From Amoebophrya sp. A120 (Eukaryota; Protista; Dinoflagellata), in contig CAJINV010000008.1 of NCBI GenBank assembly GCA_905178155.1, positions 4,303,420 to 4,367,419 on the forward strand: DNA of 64,000 bases, written 5' to 3'. Position 1 is the first letter of the stretch. The number at the start of each line of letters is the position of its first letter. The notes beneath the pieces were generated by a model. The model searched no databases. It saw only the letters and a list, made by a program, of their open reading frames with translations, and was not told where the DNA came from. Position numbers and translations under genes: made by a program. Below, one piece after another: positions 1-12,614 of the stretch.

Positions 1-3000
1 CACCAACAAACCTTGCGATCGCGGGTGTATCAACCGGAGCGCTTGGGTTTGTTGGCTACAGAGCGTTCGCCGGAGGAGGACCTATCCTGAGTAAAAACGG
101 GACCCACGCACGATACTTAGTGAACAAGATGAGAATTACTTATTTGGTCAAAACTTTTGCGAGTCACGCATTAATACGCGGAGTGTACGAGAACCCTGAA
201 TGATGCCTAGCTAGTCCAGACGCATCACAAATCCAGTGCAACACTCTGGCTAGCACATGGCAGATTTTTGTTCCAAGAAACAATTCTAGCGAAATCCTCG
301 CCGCATGAAAAACATCCTCCGGATGCACATTTGCATGGCGAGTCTGGCGTGGGCACGTTTTGACTCAGGATATGATGCGAACGTATCAAATGCAAAAATG
401 TCTGGGTCTGGAAGAATGCGCGATTTGTCATGCATATTTCTCATGACCCATGATGCCTGTAATGCAGGACCTGGCATCGCAGACTTTTGGAGGGCTTCCT
501 GATGCACCTTCTGCATGAGAAATGCCCTGTCCGTGTAGCACAAATTGTACCCCTCTTGCTGGTCATGCGAATACAAATTTTTTTAGAGTCCAAAAACAGC
601 ATGACAACTTGCAATCTTCCAGACCCAGACACTTTTGCAGTTGATAGAGCGATCCCGGGCGCGATACGTGGAGTCGAGCGACTCGGGTGAAGATAGCTCC
701 CAAGCTATTACAATGAAAAATGCTCCTCCCCATATCAAAACGGAAATCTGTGATGCAGATTTGTGGTCACAAATCAGCTTTGTGATGCTAGAAGGCAAAG
801 GATGCGGACTGTAGTGCGTTCTAGCGTGGGAAAGCCTTGCAGATCCAGGATGACAGGAGGCAACTGGAAGTGGGAAACAGCATGACAGATTGCCTGCAAT
901 TTAGGCCGCAGCTTCGTCTCTTGGCCTTCTAGCAATACAGTTGATTTGTGTACTCAATACAGAATCACAAATTCCCGCATCTTCCGTTTCCGATATGGGG
1001 TGGAGACTTTTTTTACTTTGATACAAGCGCCTGTGCAGCCGCAGCATGAACCTGTCGTTTCACCTCTCTACCCACCGTCCCCTCCGGTCGCCGCTCCAAA
1101 GACGGAAACCCAAGTCGAGGTACACGTCACGAAGGGGAAGAAGAAGCATCGAAGCAAGTCAAAAAGGGGCAAGAAGAGCCGATCAAGGAACGACGATAAT
1201 GACGGCTACGGCAGCGAGTTGGAATCTTTTTTGCAAACCAAACACCAGGAAGATCCGAGTCCCACAACTGGAACTGCGGGAGTTTTTCCTCCCGGTCCCG
1301 CCGAAGTGGAGACGTTGACGCCGCGTAGTACCCATGCAGAGGGCGGAAAGGAGCAGGCCTCTCTTACGACTTCCTCTACAACGCGAGGGTCCGAAGTAGA
1401 ACTGGCGCTGGACGACGGCACCTCCGAGGTTGGGCGGTGGCGGAAGCAGGTGCTGCCGCCCACGACTTCTTCTACGAGCACTGCTAGTGCTACGAAAACG
1501 ATGTTGACGAAGCAGAACGAGGCTGGCTCTCCTAATTTGCATCCTGACGACTCGGACGACGAGATTTTTGTGCGGGAACAAGAAAACCAGCAGGAACATC
1601 AGCAGCAAAGCGAGAGGTGGGTGGTGGACAACGAGGACTCTTCGATGAATCCCAAAACCACGCCGGAGGTCTTCGCAGAGCAGCGATCCGCAAATGGAAA
1701 TGAACGGCCGCACTCTCGAAGTACTATTGCGACACCTGCGACCATCAGCGTTTTGGCGAGGGGACGAGAGAAGCCGACACGAGGACTGGTTGAGGGATTA
1801 AACCAGTACGACGCGCCGTTTGAGACAACTGCTCGCGCCAGTGACGATGAAGCACCCAGAACCGACACCGTCGAGACCACCAGCGGTAGAAATTCTCGTC
1901 AGGCTAGTGGTAAGCCGCGCCTCTCGTTCGAGCAACGCGAAGACCGCCGCAAGGCCGCGTTGCGCGGCACTCTGCGAGCCCCCGCGCAGCAGCGGAATGC
2001 TGAAGACATGACGAGCCTTCCGGCGTCAGTTGTGGGTGACGTAGTTGGCAACGACCGGAACGAGTTCAAACGAACATCGACGGACGAGCAGCAGGAAAAT
2101 GATCAAGTCGCGCTTCAGGGCGAACAAGCGGCAAAACCGAAACCTCTCGTCCGCGATCGCGGATTCTCCCCCAACCTGCGAGGCGCTGTCGCGCCCCAGC
2201 CCGAGCGGACGGTGCTCGAAGACGACAAGAACTTGTCAAAATGAAAAATCCCCCCTCCCTATATCAAAACGAAACTTCTGACGCTGGATTTGTGTACACA
2301 ATTGCAGGAAGGCATTGCGGCCAGATCCCCAGGCTAGGCAGGGGCGTATGGGTCTAGTTGTTCAGCATGGCAAACGGCTCCCCTTTAGGCCCAACAGCAT
2401 GGCAAATCGCTTCCACAATGGGGCGAAAGCCCCTGCCGTTGTCTTCTTGCAAGACAAATATGATTTGCGCGAAATCAGCAGCGCAAATTTTCGAAGTCAT
2501 GCCTTTTCAATATGGGGAAGGGGGATTTTTCCTTTTGATAGAGCTCTGCGGTGGTCTATGACGCACCTGGATCCATCAGCTCCTGGCTACTCGGGCAGAG
2601 CGACGAGCACGGACACGCCGACGGTCCTTCCGAGGGTACTGTATTTTTCCGAGTGGGTATCGCAAGAAAAAAGTTCGTCACGATCACTCATGGGGATGGG
2701 CATTTTTGCAATACAAAAAATGCCTGTCATGCGTAAAAATGCATCACAGCCAAACTTCATACGGGATTTCCCTTAGGGGTTCTGCAATACAAGGAAAAGT
2801 TGTGATGTTATTTGTAATGCAAAACCTCCAAGATAGTGACTGTGACAAACTTTTTTCTCTCCATAGTAGGAGAAGAAAATGGGGATGGGCCGCGGGCGGG
2901 GCAAGGTGAAAAAGCGAACAGACAGGAACATCCGGCGGATCACCTGCACAAGAGCTTCAGACGAGGTATCCTCTGTAAAAATGTGATGTTCACTCCAGTT

Positions 3001-3999
3001 TTTCCACACTAATCTGGCATGTAATGCCGCAAGTCTCTCTCTCCTGATGCGGCTCCCCACGAACAGCATTTTCTAGCTGTATTGAGGATTTATTGTCTTG
3101 TTGAATTCTCAACATCGTGAGAGACTGTTAAATGGGGACGTCGTTTTTACATGGGATACAAGCTGCAACCACGAATACCACTGGCCGCGGCCAGGAGACG
3201 GTAAAAATGGATTCTGCGTTGGATTTGCTTTCATCTACGTCTTCCCTGGCTCCGTCCTTCAGAAGCGATATTGTACAGGAAAAAGCTAGCATATTATATT
3301 TGTACAGGAATGTGAAGGTAGTCGTGTACTTACACAAATAAAGGATCTGTTTTGTGTACCACTGCAGGCAGTATGCTATGGGCTGGTCCTTGACAAAACC
3401 AAATCTTGATTTTCGTACTGTATGCATTTTTGCATTGGAACAGTCGTTGTTAGAAAATGATGTTCCGTGCTAGCTTTTCTCTGTGTCATAAACGAGCTGG
3501 GCTGGTCCGTGGTGTTTCTTTTCTTCTCCGTCCTCATGGTTGGAGCCATGTTCCTTTTTCTCGCACGGCTACCCAAAAAAAAAACTGTGTCGACTGTCAC
3601 GTTGCGTTCATCTTGCAGACGGTGCAATGCACTGACTTACAGTCGTCATGCGTTTCCGATTATATGCATGGCATCCATTCTACTATTCGACATGTAACTT
3701 GCCCTGGTGGTATGAGGAATTTATTGTCGTCCAGAAAAGTTATTGCATCAACAGCAGCACGCAGGAGCACACATTTCCTATGTTGATAACGGCAAACGCG
3801 GCGTCTGGTGCCACCACGGGAGGGTCTGCGTTTGATCGGCCAGAATGGGCGACAAGGGGCCCACGACCAGACTGCTCTTCCGCCACTGCAGGGGCCAGAA
3901 GCAAGACAACCCTCATCGGCGGAGGATGTTGAAAGCCGCAGTCTGGGCGAACGCACCACTGCGGAGGGAACGACGCCAGGCACGACAATGGAGTCGTGA
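1..3999 (+). CDS. 3' part of a multi-exon, low-complexity membrane protein (gene A); probable paralog of the C-terminal part of the EF-hand-repeat gene
   Basis: Removing introners at 83-372, 384-646, 706-1023, 2234-2540, 2658-2865, 2967-3158 and 3269-3490 (each +5 nt) gives one frame: NLAIAGVSTGALGFVGYRAFAGGG..ERSRARYVESSDSGEDSSQAPVQPQ..(ORF 946-2244)..SAVVYDAPGS..ELGWSVVFLFFSVLMVGAMFLFLARLPKKK (TM helix plus basic stop-transfer). Last-exon frame is ambiguous (stop 3932 or 3999). Confidence 0.7.
83..372. mobile_element. Introner, family A termini (TATCCTGAGTAAAAACG...CGTTTTGACTCAGGATA)
   Basis: Terminal inverted repeats; flanks GGACC/TGATG are diverged, but element+5 removal keeps the frame. 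Confidence 0.8.
384..646. mobile_element. Introner, family B (TATCAAATGCAAAAATGTCTGGGTCTGGAAG...CTTCCAGACCCAGACACTTTTGCAGTTGATA)
   Basis: About 31-bp TIR, direct repeat GAACG/GAGCG; relatives at 18297-18590 and 27490-27751. Confidence 0.9.
706..1023. mobile_element. Introner, family C
   Basis: TAT...ATA, imperfect TIR with CCCCATATC/GATATGGGG, perfect direct repeat CAAGC/CAAGC. Confidence 0.9.
2234..2540. mobile_element. Introner, family C
   Basis: TGTCAAAATGAAAAATCCCCCT...AGGGGGATTTTTCCTTTTGATA, direct repeat GAACT/GAGCT; it supplies the apparent stop codon of ORF 946-2244. Confidence 0.85.
2658..2865. mobile_element. Introner, family D (reverse-orientation relative of 15327-15532)
   Basis: TIR with AGAAAAAAGTT(C/T)GTCAC; direct repeat GTGGG/GTAGG; inferred intron is GT...AG. 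Confidence 0.9.
2967..3158. mobile_element. Introner
   Basis: TATCCTCTGTAAAAA...TTTTTACATGGGATA; direct repeat CGAGG/CAAGC; inferred intron is GT...AG. Confidence 0.8.
3269..3490. mobile_element. Introner
   Basis: TATTGTACAGGAAAAAGCTAGCA...TGCTAGCTTTTCTCTGTGTCATA; direct repeat AGCGA/AACGA. Confidence 0.85.
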
Positions 4000-6799
4000 G
4001 GTTCCTCGTGGGGAGATGCAGCCGCCGTTTCAGACTTTGCATACCTAATTTTTCGTTAATGCATTTATGTATGTATGAGGTGAAACAGACGTTGCAGACT
4101 TTTGAAAAAATTGACTTAGCAATTAAGAACTTGTTCTGTCTTCGATTAAAAACTACAGCACGTAGTAGTTTTTATTTCATGGCGTATTTGGCAGCAATGC
4201 CCAAGAGTCGTGATTATACTTACCGCATTTACTAGATGAAGCACGCGTTCCAAAAATTCCTGGAGCAACACTCTATTCTTTGTTTTACTTTTACACTGTC
4301 ACAACTGAAAAATAATCGATAGCGGTCACGCAACCTGCTCTACCGGTGAACAATGTAGTACTAGAAACAATACAAATTAGTTAGTCAAAAATATTTACGA
4401 CGTTAGGATATGAATGAATCTTGACAAGGACCATGCTTTTCGTATTCAAAAAAGACCCGTAAGTTGTGCCCCTTTAGATTCCGGCGAATAAATTGACGCG
4501 ATCCTTATTTGTTCATGTAATTTTCCCTGTAAGAAGAATTCGCACGCGCCGAAGACAAAGCAGGAGAACCCCTGATGGTGCCCTGGTAAAATTCATTGTA
4601 ATATCCGAGAAAAGAAAAAGGCCGCCGCTACCTACCACTCCAGAATGCGTTTATCTGCTATGCGAAAAGAGAAAAAATGCACCATTCCAATTACTGTCTG
4701 TACCTGGAAACGTTGATTTGTCATGCATACAAGATTACTTCACGTGAGTTTTGCATGAGGACAGTCATGGAAGATTTTTTTACGCGTAGTAGTGGTCTTC
4801 TCTTTCTTTGTTGCATAGGCTACGAACTGATGATTGCACAACCACTTTGATGAACCGAATCAAAAGCCGACCCGGCAGTCCTCGCAGTTATAAGCTAATA
4901 CGAGAATTTTTCCTGAGAGTAGATCTTCAGAAAAACAAAAATCGTTTGAAACTCTCTGTATCGATATTCTTCCAGCAGACAGCAGCGTCTAAATTATTTT
5001 CACGTTTTGGAGCTCGTATTTGAAACTTTCCTGCGGATATTAGCACATTGAGGCTAAAAAGGATGTTGATTCCTAGTACAAGTGTAAAATGTAATCCCCG
5101 CGAAAAAGCTAGCACACCATATTTGTAGATTCTGAAACGAAATGGAAGTAGACAAAGAAATTTGTGTTGCATATTGCCCTGAAGAAACACCGTTGCTCTT
5201 GTATACAGTTGAGCCCATCATGAGAGGTTTCTTTGTTTATACTTAATGGCCACTCTATACGCTATATGCATGGTGTGCTAGCTTCTTCTGTAGTGTCATA
5301 CGGGGTATATGAAGAAAACCTCAGAAATTAATAACGTGCCCTGCACTGTACACCAGTTTTGAGTTTCACTTCTGCGGTGCAAAGACTAGAGACCTGCTGG
5401 CTCCTCTTTCCGTATCAAAATGGGGTAAAGTCCCATCTTTCCAGGTTCAAAAGGGGATGGGGGTGTGTACTTTATGTGCGCATTTCATTCTGATCCGAAC
5501 TGCATAAAATGTTCGCATCGAGGGCTTTTTGTTGCATTTTGTCGCGGACGAATTCTGTTAGTGTTTCTCGGCCACAGCAGCGGCGTCTGTCGTGCCTGGC
5601 AGCGAGGAAGATTTGATTCGCTTCACAGACTTAGTAAGTCCGCCCAAGGATGTTGAAAAAGTAGATCTAAATGCCCGATTGCAACACTCAAACAATGTGA
5701 TTTGTGTGCGCAGCATTTCTACACAAATTCTGCTTTGAGCATGGGAAGGAGGGACTTTTCATTTTGACACCCTGACAGTTGACCTCGAGCGAACTGCTTG
5801 AAGCGGCACCAGAAACCGCTGGACCTGCACCGAGGTCACGTTCCGCACAGAACGCGAAACCACCTCAGGTCCACTTCTGTCAAACGAAGATGAGAATGAA
5901 AACGAAGTAGAAACTAGAAATCCATTCGAGGAGAATGTGTATATTCAAGATGCACCGCGCTAATATAGATAAACAAGCTATCCGGCACTGTCAAATGTGG
6001 TCTGCATATGGTGATGAATACCACCAAAGCGCCAAAGCGGGAGCATCATTGCGGATGGACGCAGAAGCATTTTTTCGGCTTCGTTGTACAAAGAACACTG
6101 GACGGCGCTGCTGCAAACTCGGTGAGAAGTGGCATAAAAAAATCGTGAGAACAAAAGCTGCTCCTTCACCTCGTCTCAGCCCGATGAATTATTTGCATGT
6201 CTGAGGTTTATTCTTGCAGTACTTCATCTTCGTGAGTGCAACAAAAGGTGAAAAATATGCGGAGTCGGTCAGTGGTCTCGTCGAGAAGCGATGCCTTTTG
6301 TAGAAAAATCGCAAAATCAAAGCGTTGATATTATCGTGGCACCACGAGATTATAGCATTCGATCGAAAGAACGGAGCAAATTTAGTGACGTGCCTTAAGA
6401 ACAAGAAACCGAGCCTGTTTATAATTTGAACAGCTTTGCTATAACTCGTCGTGCTCGTGCAGAAAACTTACTTTGCAGTGGACTGCTTTCGTCGACGTCG
6501 AGATGCATGATACTGGAGGAGAGACCCTCGTCGTCACTCGGTGCCAGCCGTTCTTGCATCGCCCTGCTGCACGCACAATTGTCGCTGGATGGGGATGATG
6601 AAAAGGAAAATGAAATCAAGTTTTCATCGTCTCAATCGTCGACGGTCGACGACCAAAACATCTGCATCAAATACTAGCCGCTCGTTTGAATGACCATAAA
6701 AAAGCACGACAGGTGTAGGTGAAGAAAACGAAAATTAGATGCCTCCTGTCTGAGTCTTTGGATGAAAAGTTCTTCCAGGCAGGGGAACAATAAAAAACT

Positions 6800-8980
6800 A
6801 TGAAGCAGCCTGACCTGGGTCGCGAGGAGGAAGATCAGGATCACGCTTGTCCGCGCACGGTGATGACGAGGATGAAGACCAAAAATCGTGTGAGGAGAAG
6901 AAGAACCAGGTCGGCCACCGGAGATTCCCAGGTGGAGGTGCTGCAAAAGAGTAAGATGGCCACGCCCCCGGCGTTTGTTCCGGGCTCGCCGGCGTGCTCC
7001 AGAATGCGAAAATTCCTATTCCACGCCTGCCTCTTGCTGTTTTTCACGGAACAAGAATTCTTCCCGAATCTCCATGATTTCCTGTCTAGATCTAGCAGTA
7101 CGAGCACGCAAGTGCAGGTTGGGCAGGCGAATCCGGACAATACCAGCGATATCTGCATCGGATTCGACCTGCAAGGTATGGACCAACCATTTTACAACAC
7201 TGACAATGGCGCAGTTCTTACGTCGTCGGCGTTGAACGGTGCCGCTTCTGCTCTCCCGCAAATGAGTAAAAACTCCGCAACATCATCTCCAACGACCGCG
7301 CCTGCTTGCGCTGCAACCAACATGCCAGTGGCGCCCACAGCCTCTTCAACCACCACAAAAACTACCATTTCGCTGCAGCTTCTCGCTGAGGCCTTTTTTG
7401 ACGGTGACGCGGAGCACGCAAAAAAGTTCAAGCTGAAGGCCATTGTCTTCCCCGTTTTCGCCCTGGCCGTCGAATCCTGGCTGGAGTCCATTCTGGTTCG
7501 GCGTGGCGGGTGCGACTTTCTCAAGATCTATTTTCTTTCCGGTTCGCACCAACGAACAAAAAGGAGCGAAACCTTCACCACCGAGTCCGCGGCCCGGTGC
7601 CTGGTGCGGTTTGCGGAGCGCGTGCTGAAAACCCGGTTTTTCGCTGCGGCAACTCATTCGAACGCCGGCAGTGTCAGGAACTCCGCCAACTCAACGACGA
7701 CAGAAACTACCAAGGTGGTGCCTCCGAAGTGGCTCCGGGATTCCACCAGCAGTCGTCTGGACGCGTTAAACATCTGTCTGCGGTGCATTCACAGCGGCCC
7801 CGGGGTGTTTCTGTACGACGAGAACGTGCGATTTATGAACAACGAGTGTCTACCCTATTTGGATTCGGATCGTCAGCAGTGCGTTCAGTACTTTCAGAAG
7901 CACTTCCCGCACAGGGATTGGGCACAGGTAGAAGAGACACGAGTTTGATGGTCTTATTCAGTGTATATAACGCTGTAGTCATGTTTTTTCGGAAGATTCG
8001 CACCTTTTATTGATTTATATGACGAGACGAGCTCATTAACGATGTATGACCACCTGTGCTGGTCCTCGACTGGTGCCAAAGCCAAAAGTGACTCAATTAC
8101 AACTCAGGAATTCGCTGTCTCCTTCATTCTCGCCGAGGGTGCGCCCGCCCGCGTTTCGGCGATCACGCAGTCCCTGCACCAGTTTCGGCCCAATTACGTG
8201 CATATCCTGCGCCCCAAATCCTACCGCGACGAGCCCTTCCTCCGCGCCGACGGGGTCCAAGCATTACCCTTTGACAAAGCCTCGGTCGCCCCCGCCATCC
8301 CCATCAATGGCCACTTTGTCAGTAGTTTGAATTTGTTTTTCCAGCAAGGAGCTGGAACATCAGGCAACATGGTGATGAGCCCAGGAGGCGGAATGCACAA
8401 CCGGAGCCTGCTGCAGCAGCGGGAGCGCACCTACACGGGCGTGGCCGAGCTGGACAACCGCATCAGGCTCGTTTTGAAGGAGATGCTGGCCCACAAGAAG
8501 GCGGTGGAGCAGCTCGGCTCCTCCAAGGACGCGGAGCTGGCCGGGTTTTGGCTTCGGAAGACGCGGAAGCCGGTTTTGTGCGTGTTGATGGTGGAGAAGG
8601 AGGAGGAGGTGCAAGTGGTCAACAGCTCCCAGCAGAAACTCGCGAAGGTCCGCAAGTTTTACCGCGGCCTGAACCTCGAGGTCAGCATGCCGACCGGGTC
8701 GCTGTGTGCGGAGCGGAATTGCATCGGCCAGGCCGTCGCCGCGGATCCGACCTTGCGGCGGGAGCACATAAAACTCGTGGCGGTCTTTATGCATTGCAAA
8801 AGTATCGTACTTACTAGTATAAAATGCATTACAAATTTTCCCAACAAAAAAATTCAATTTGTCATGCTATTTCAGGTAGAAAGTTGGATTTGTCATGCAA
8901 TTAGTACGAGATACTTTTGCACAGGATAGTCTTGTCGCTGCCGCAAATTGGCAGTGGGGCGTCCTCGAGCAGTGCGGCGG
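6800..8980 (+). CDS. Cytidine-deaminase-like protein, multi-exon, apparently 3'-truncated; further 5' exons are likely at about 5380-6800
   Basis: ORF 8042-8929 has KTRKPVLCVL and RGLNLEVSMPTGSLCAERNCIG (deaminase NxE...CAE motif) and continues AVLSLPQ after introner 8788-8928. No PCxxC zinc motif was found downstream. Linkage to ORF 6800-7948 is inferred. Confidence 0.65.
8788..8928. mobile_element. Introner, family E (TATGCATTGCAAAAGTATCGTAC...ATACTTTTGCACAGGATA)
   Basis: Perfect direct repeat GTCTT/GTCTT; relatives at 9591-9746 and 35105-35254. Confidence 0.9.
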
Positions 8981-9153
8981 AACAAGAATTTTTCCCGAAT
9001 CTCCATGATTTCCTGTCTAATCTCCATAATTTCAAGTATTGTCATGGGTTTCTGCATTAAAAACGAAGGGAACAAGTATTGTCATAAACGTATTGCATAA
9101 CGTAGTAAAAGGATTTATTTCTTACTAGTAGTGATCAAGGAACCTCAACCTCT

Positions 9154-9912
9154 TCAAAATCTTTCACGCACATCCTGGTACCACCCCCTCCTGTAATTTC
9201 TCCATCCCTCTAATGCGGAATCCCCAACACAGAATGGGACCCGGTTTTGTCCTTCAAGGCCACCTCTTTGTACAAATCCTTGTTTTCGTATTACAGTGCA
9301 CAACCCCCCCTCCCCCTCATTTCTATTTTTGCATGAACAGCAACACAAACACCAACACACGTGGAGCCTTTGCATGGCAAATTTATGTACCTCATGTAAG
9401 TACGTACTGTTTGGGCTACCAGAACTTGTCATGCAACCAGTGCCAAGAGGCACAGAGAGAGTTTAGGATTTTGCATGACAAATGAGGGGTACGAGGGGAA
9501 GTTGTGCCCTGTCATATTTCGTTCAGCTGTTTTTTATACCCAGGAATCATCTGCTCCAGCTTGTTTTTCCATTTCCCCTGCACGAAATCCTATGCATTGC
9601 AAAAGTATAGCGCTAGTGTAACTCGCAATACAAATTGGCTCAGCATTACAAACTAAATTTGCAATGCGGATTTACCTTAACAAGTAGATTTGTAATGCAT
9701 AATTGCGATTTTTACTACGAGCACGATACAACTTTTGCACAGGATAGATCCGGCCACGCTTTTTCCACCACGTCCAAGGCGATTTGCACGGAGACGCTCG
9801 CCCCCGGACTCGCGCCCATTAAGCCGCTGATGGTGCGGTCCGCTTTCTGGATGATCTCGGTGCCAAATTGAATAATCCCGACTTTCGCCTTGTCTTCCTT
9901 CATGATTTGCAC
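9154..9912 (-). pseudogene. MQO: Malate:quinone oxidoreductase, C-terminal exons only
   Basis: VQIMKEDKAKVGIIQFGTEIIQKADRTISGLMGASPGASVSVQIALDVVEKAWPD|FVQGKWKNKLEQMIPGYKKQLNE matches the MQO C-terminal signature QFGTE...LGASPGAS...W..KL..MIP.Y. No upstream MQO exons were recognised in the window. Confidence 0.8.
9591..9746. mobile_element. Introner, family E, inside minus-strand MQO
   Basis: TIR as in 8788-8928; direct repeat AATCC/GATCC; removal joins WPD to FVQ. Confidence 0.9.
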
Positions 9913-11007
9913 CTGAGACGAGAGTGGTTGTTTGCTGAATGTGTTGCGCGTTGCTGCACTATAGAATTAGAAGAGCAAATTGTCTCTCATGAAATAAAAT
10001 ACAGCATGACAAAGCAATTGGAATTGCTTCAATCCACTTATAGAAGAAACCGAGAGTTAAAGTTACACCCTCTGTCCCGCCGTAATTTGCGACCAGTCCT
10101 CATCCTGTGCGTTTGGAAAGAATTCCCGCAAAACTTGCATCCGTTCGGCCTTCGTGGACGATGGGAGAAAGTGAGCCTTCGTACTTACACGCACTGGCGC
10201 GTGCTTTCAGTCCCAGCCCCTGCGGAGGGCACGTACTTGCACGGCGGACGCCATCGGGCGGCCTCTGCCCAGAGTGGCCCCACAGGAGCGGTAGCCCCTT
10301 CCTGCCCCCCATTTAGGAGCTTTCTTTCAGATGTTTCACACTTACTGGGTGGTCGTGAGTTGGCTTTCTTGTCGGCGATCTTGTTTTTCGATACGACTGA
10401 TACGTCTTATCGGGCGCCTGTGGACTTAGGATCTTCTCTTTTTTTATTCCCATCTCCATTGAGCAGAGTGGTGGTTTCCGAGTTCTGGTTGGACCCTTAA
10501 GCTCTTGGCCCTAGATGGGCAAACTTGGGGGTGCTTTTGTTCGTGCTTTTACGAGTAGCGTGCATGGGTTTTGCTCGGCCTTCGAGTTGTTAAGGCACTG
10601 AGGCCTGGTTTGGGGAGGCCTGACTGAGCGGGAATTCTCTACAGGTGCCACTTCGTTTAGCGGATCGGCGTTCCTGTGAGGGAACGGGGCTGTGTGTTCT
10701 GCTTCTGATCCTGACGAGTTCGGGTTTCTACAGCGGCGCGGTGCCGTGGATTTTGTGTGCCCAGACAGCTAGAAAAGGTCGCGTCTCCGGACTCCTTATC
10801 TCTTGCTTCCGCTCTTAGCGCCGTCTGGAAGGACGGCGCTAAGAATTCTTCCCGAATCTCCATGATTTCCTGTCTATCCCGCAGAAAATTTATTTCCGTA
10901 CTTACTACGACGGGCGCTTTTAACAATGGAGAAGAACGTCTTGACAGACTTGTATTCTGCCTTTCGAAGGAGCAATACGACCTATAGTGTGAGCATCTTC
11001 AATTCTT

Positions 11008-12614
11008 GTGCGCATACTTCGAATCATGCACGCCCCGGTCGCTTATAATTTATTGCTGTTTTTGGCAACAACTCTGAAGGAGTATGTATTACTTTTTGAC
11101 AAGACTCAACTCTTCGAATGTGCTGTTCTGAATGAAGCCCATGATTTTTTGCATAGGATATTGTCACAGCGAGAACGCATCCTGGTGAGCCACTATGAAA
11201 CGTTGCAGTCGCTCACGCGTTACGCAAAGGATGAAGACGAGCGCAGCGCAGATAACGATGCTGCGATACGAAGCGTGACGAGACAAGCGAACCGACACAA
11301 GGCGGACCCTAGCAACGGAGAAGAAAACGCTGACCGAACGGGCGGAAACGAAGTGGAAGAGCAAGGGAGAAGAATAAGCCGTGCAGCTCAAGTTCCAAGC
11401 AACGAACATCGGAACGACGTGCGACGGTCTCTGCTTTCGCTGCGACAGGACCGCTACCAACTGCAAATACGTCTGGGTCTAGACGAGACAATTCGTGCTT
11501 TCATTCTGGGTGCTGATAATTGACTCTATTTTTGATTCTTTTGATGCTTGTTGTGTTAATCAGGCAATACAGTAGATTTCACAGGTGGATCGCAAGGCAT
11601 CGCACAATGCGGGTTGTTTAAGTTTTCCTTTTCCAGACCCAGACACGATTGTAGTCCATAGCCGCATGATGCTGTTGGATCAGCGCCGATCGCGTTCCGC
11701 GCTGAGCAGACGAGACCAGGGCCGCCTCGGCGTGGATTCACCTGCTCTAGTGCAGCAGGCCGAGAACGGGCCCGAGATCACGAAATCTAGTACTCCACCA
11801 CCGGAACATAGCTACAGTTCTAGTGAAACAAAGAAAGTCCCACTTTTGAAGCTGAAGGCGTCTCTGCTGCAAGCAAGGACGAGTGGTGATCTACTTCCAA
11901 GCAGGAGCGCACGAGCTAGCAAAGCAGAGCCGTTCTTGCAAAATAACCGACGCCGCGTGCGCGGCGGTCCGGTTTCAGCATCATCTCCTCCCGTAACCAC
12001 GATGGCTACAAGCGAACAATCGCCAAAAGTCGCAAAAAACTGGTCACAATTCAAGAACTTGTGTACTTCCGCGAAGTCGGAGGGAGAGCCGCTTGCTATT
12101 CTCGAAATGGTATCAGAATGAAAGACCTTCCCTCATCCGCAGATCCATCAAGAGGCAACTCCTCATGCTGCATTTGTGCACACAAATCCGCGCGTTCTTT
12201 GAGGCATATAATCCTGAGTCTGTTTATGTACTTACTTATGCAGCGCACCAGCTACCGAGCATGGCGGGCATCTTTGCAGCACTGGAGGACGCGTTACAGA
12301 TTGGCTGTACAAAGCGTCCCATTGCATTTCCTCTGTGTGCAAGCACCGGTGATTTGTTGCTACAAATCAGCAACACGAACCCCTCGCTCGAGTATGGAGA
12401 GGGCGGGGAATTTTTTTTCATGTTGATAAGTGAAACTCTTTCTGCAGGCACTCTTCGCAGCAAAGCGCGGGGTGCTGAAAAACGAAATAAATTCACCGCA
12501 CGACCGCCAGGTATGGCGGCAACCGGTCCACGGGGTTGCAACTGCTCCGAACGAGGTTCAATCGTCAAGGTACTTACTTATCATGCTCTAGTTTGTCATG
12601 GAGGTGGATGTTGA
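11008..12614 (+). CDS. Hypothetical protein or decayed gene (ORFs 11008-11523, 11585-12121, 12093-12614)
   Basis: Co-directional protein-like ORFs; no family recognised. Confidence 0.3.

Larger units (their letters stand above)
7047..10876 (+). repeat. Three direct copies of a 36-42 nt motif AAGAATTCTTCCCGAATCTCCATGATTTCCTGTCTA (7047-7088, 8978-9019, 10841-10876)
   Basis: Read directly; at most 1 mismatch between copies. Confidence 0.95.

Noticed and set aside
225-798. Short ORFs repeated elsewhere (for example 27373-27984, 15051-15502, 19349-19615) as a peptide family
   Set aside because: They are translations of non-coding introner copies
83-1023. Tc1/mariner-type MITEs with TA target duplication
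   Set aside because: TA belongs to the TIR; treating it as the TSD gives frameshifts or stops, whereas the 5-bp flanking repeats restore the frame
7047-10876. CRISPR array (36-nt repeats)
   Set aside because: Only three copies about 1.9 kb apart, eukaryotic context, no cas genes
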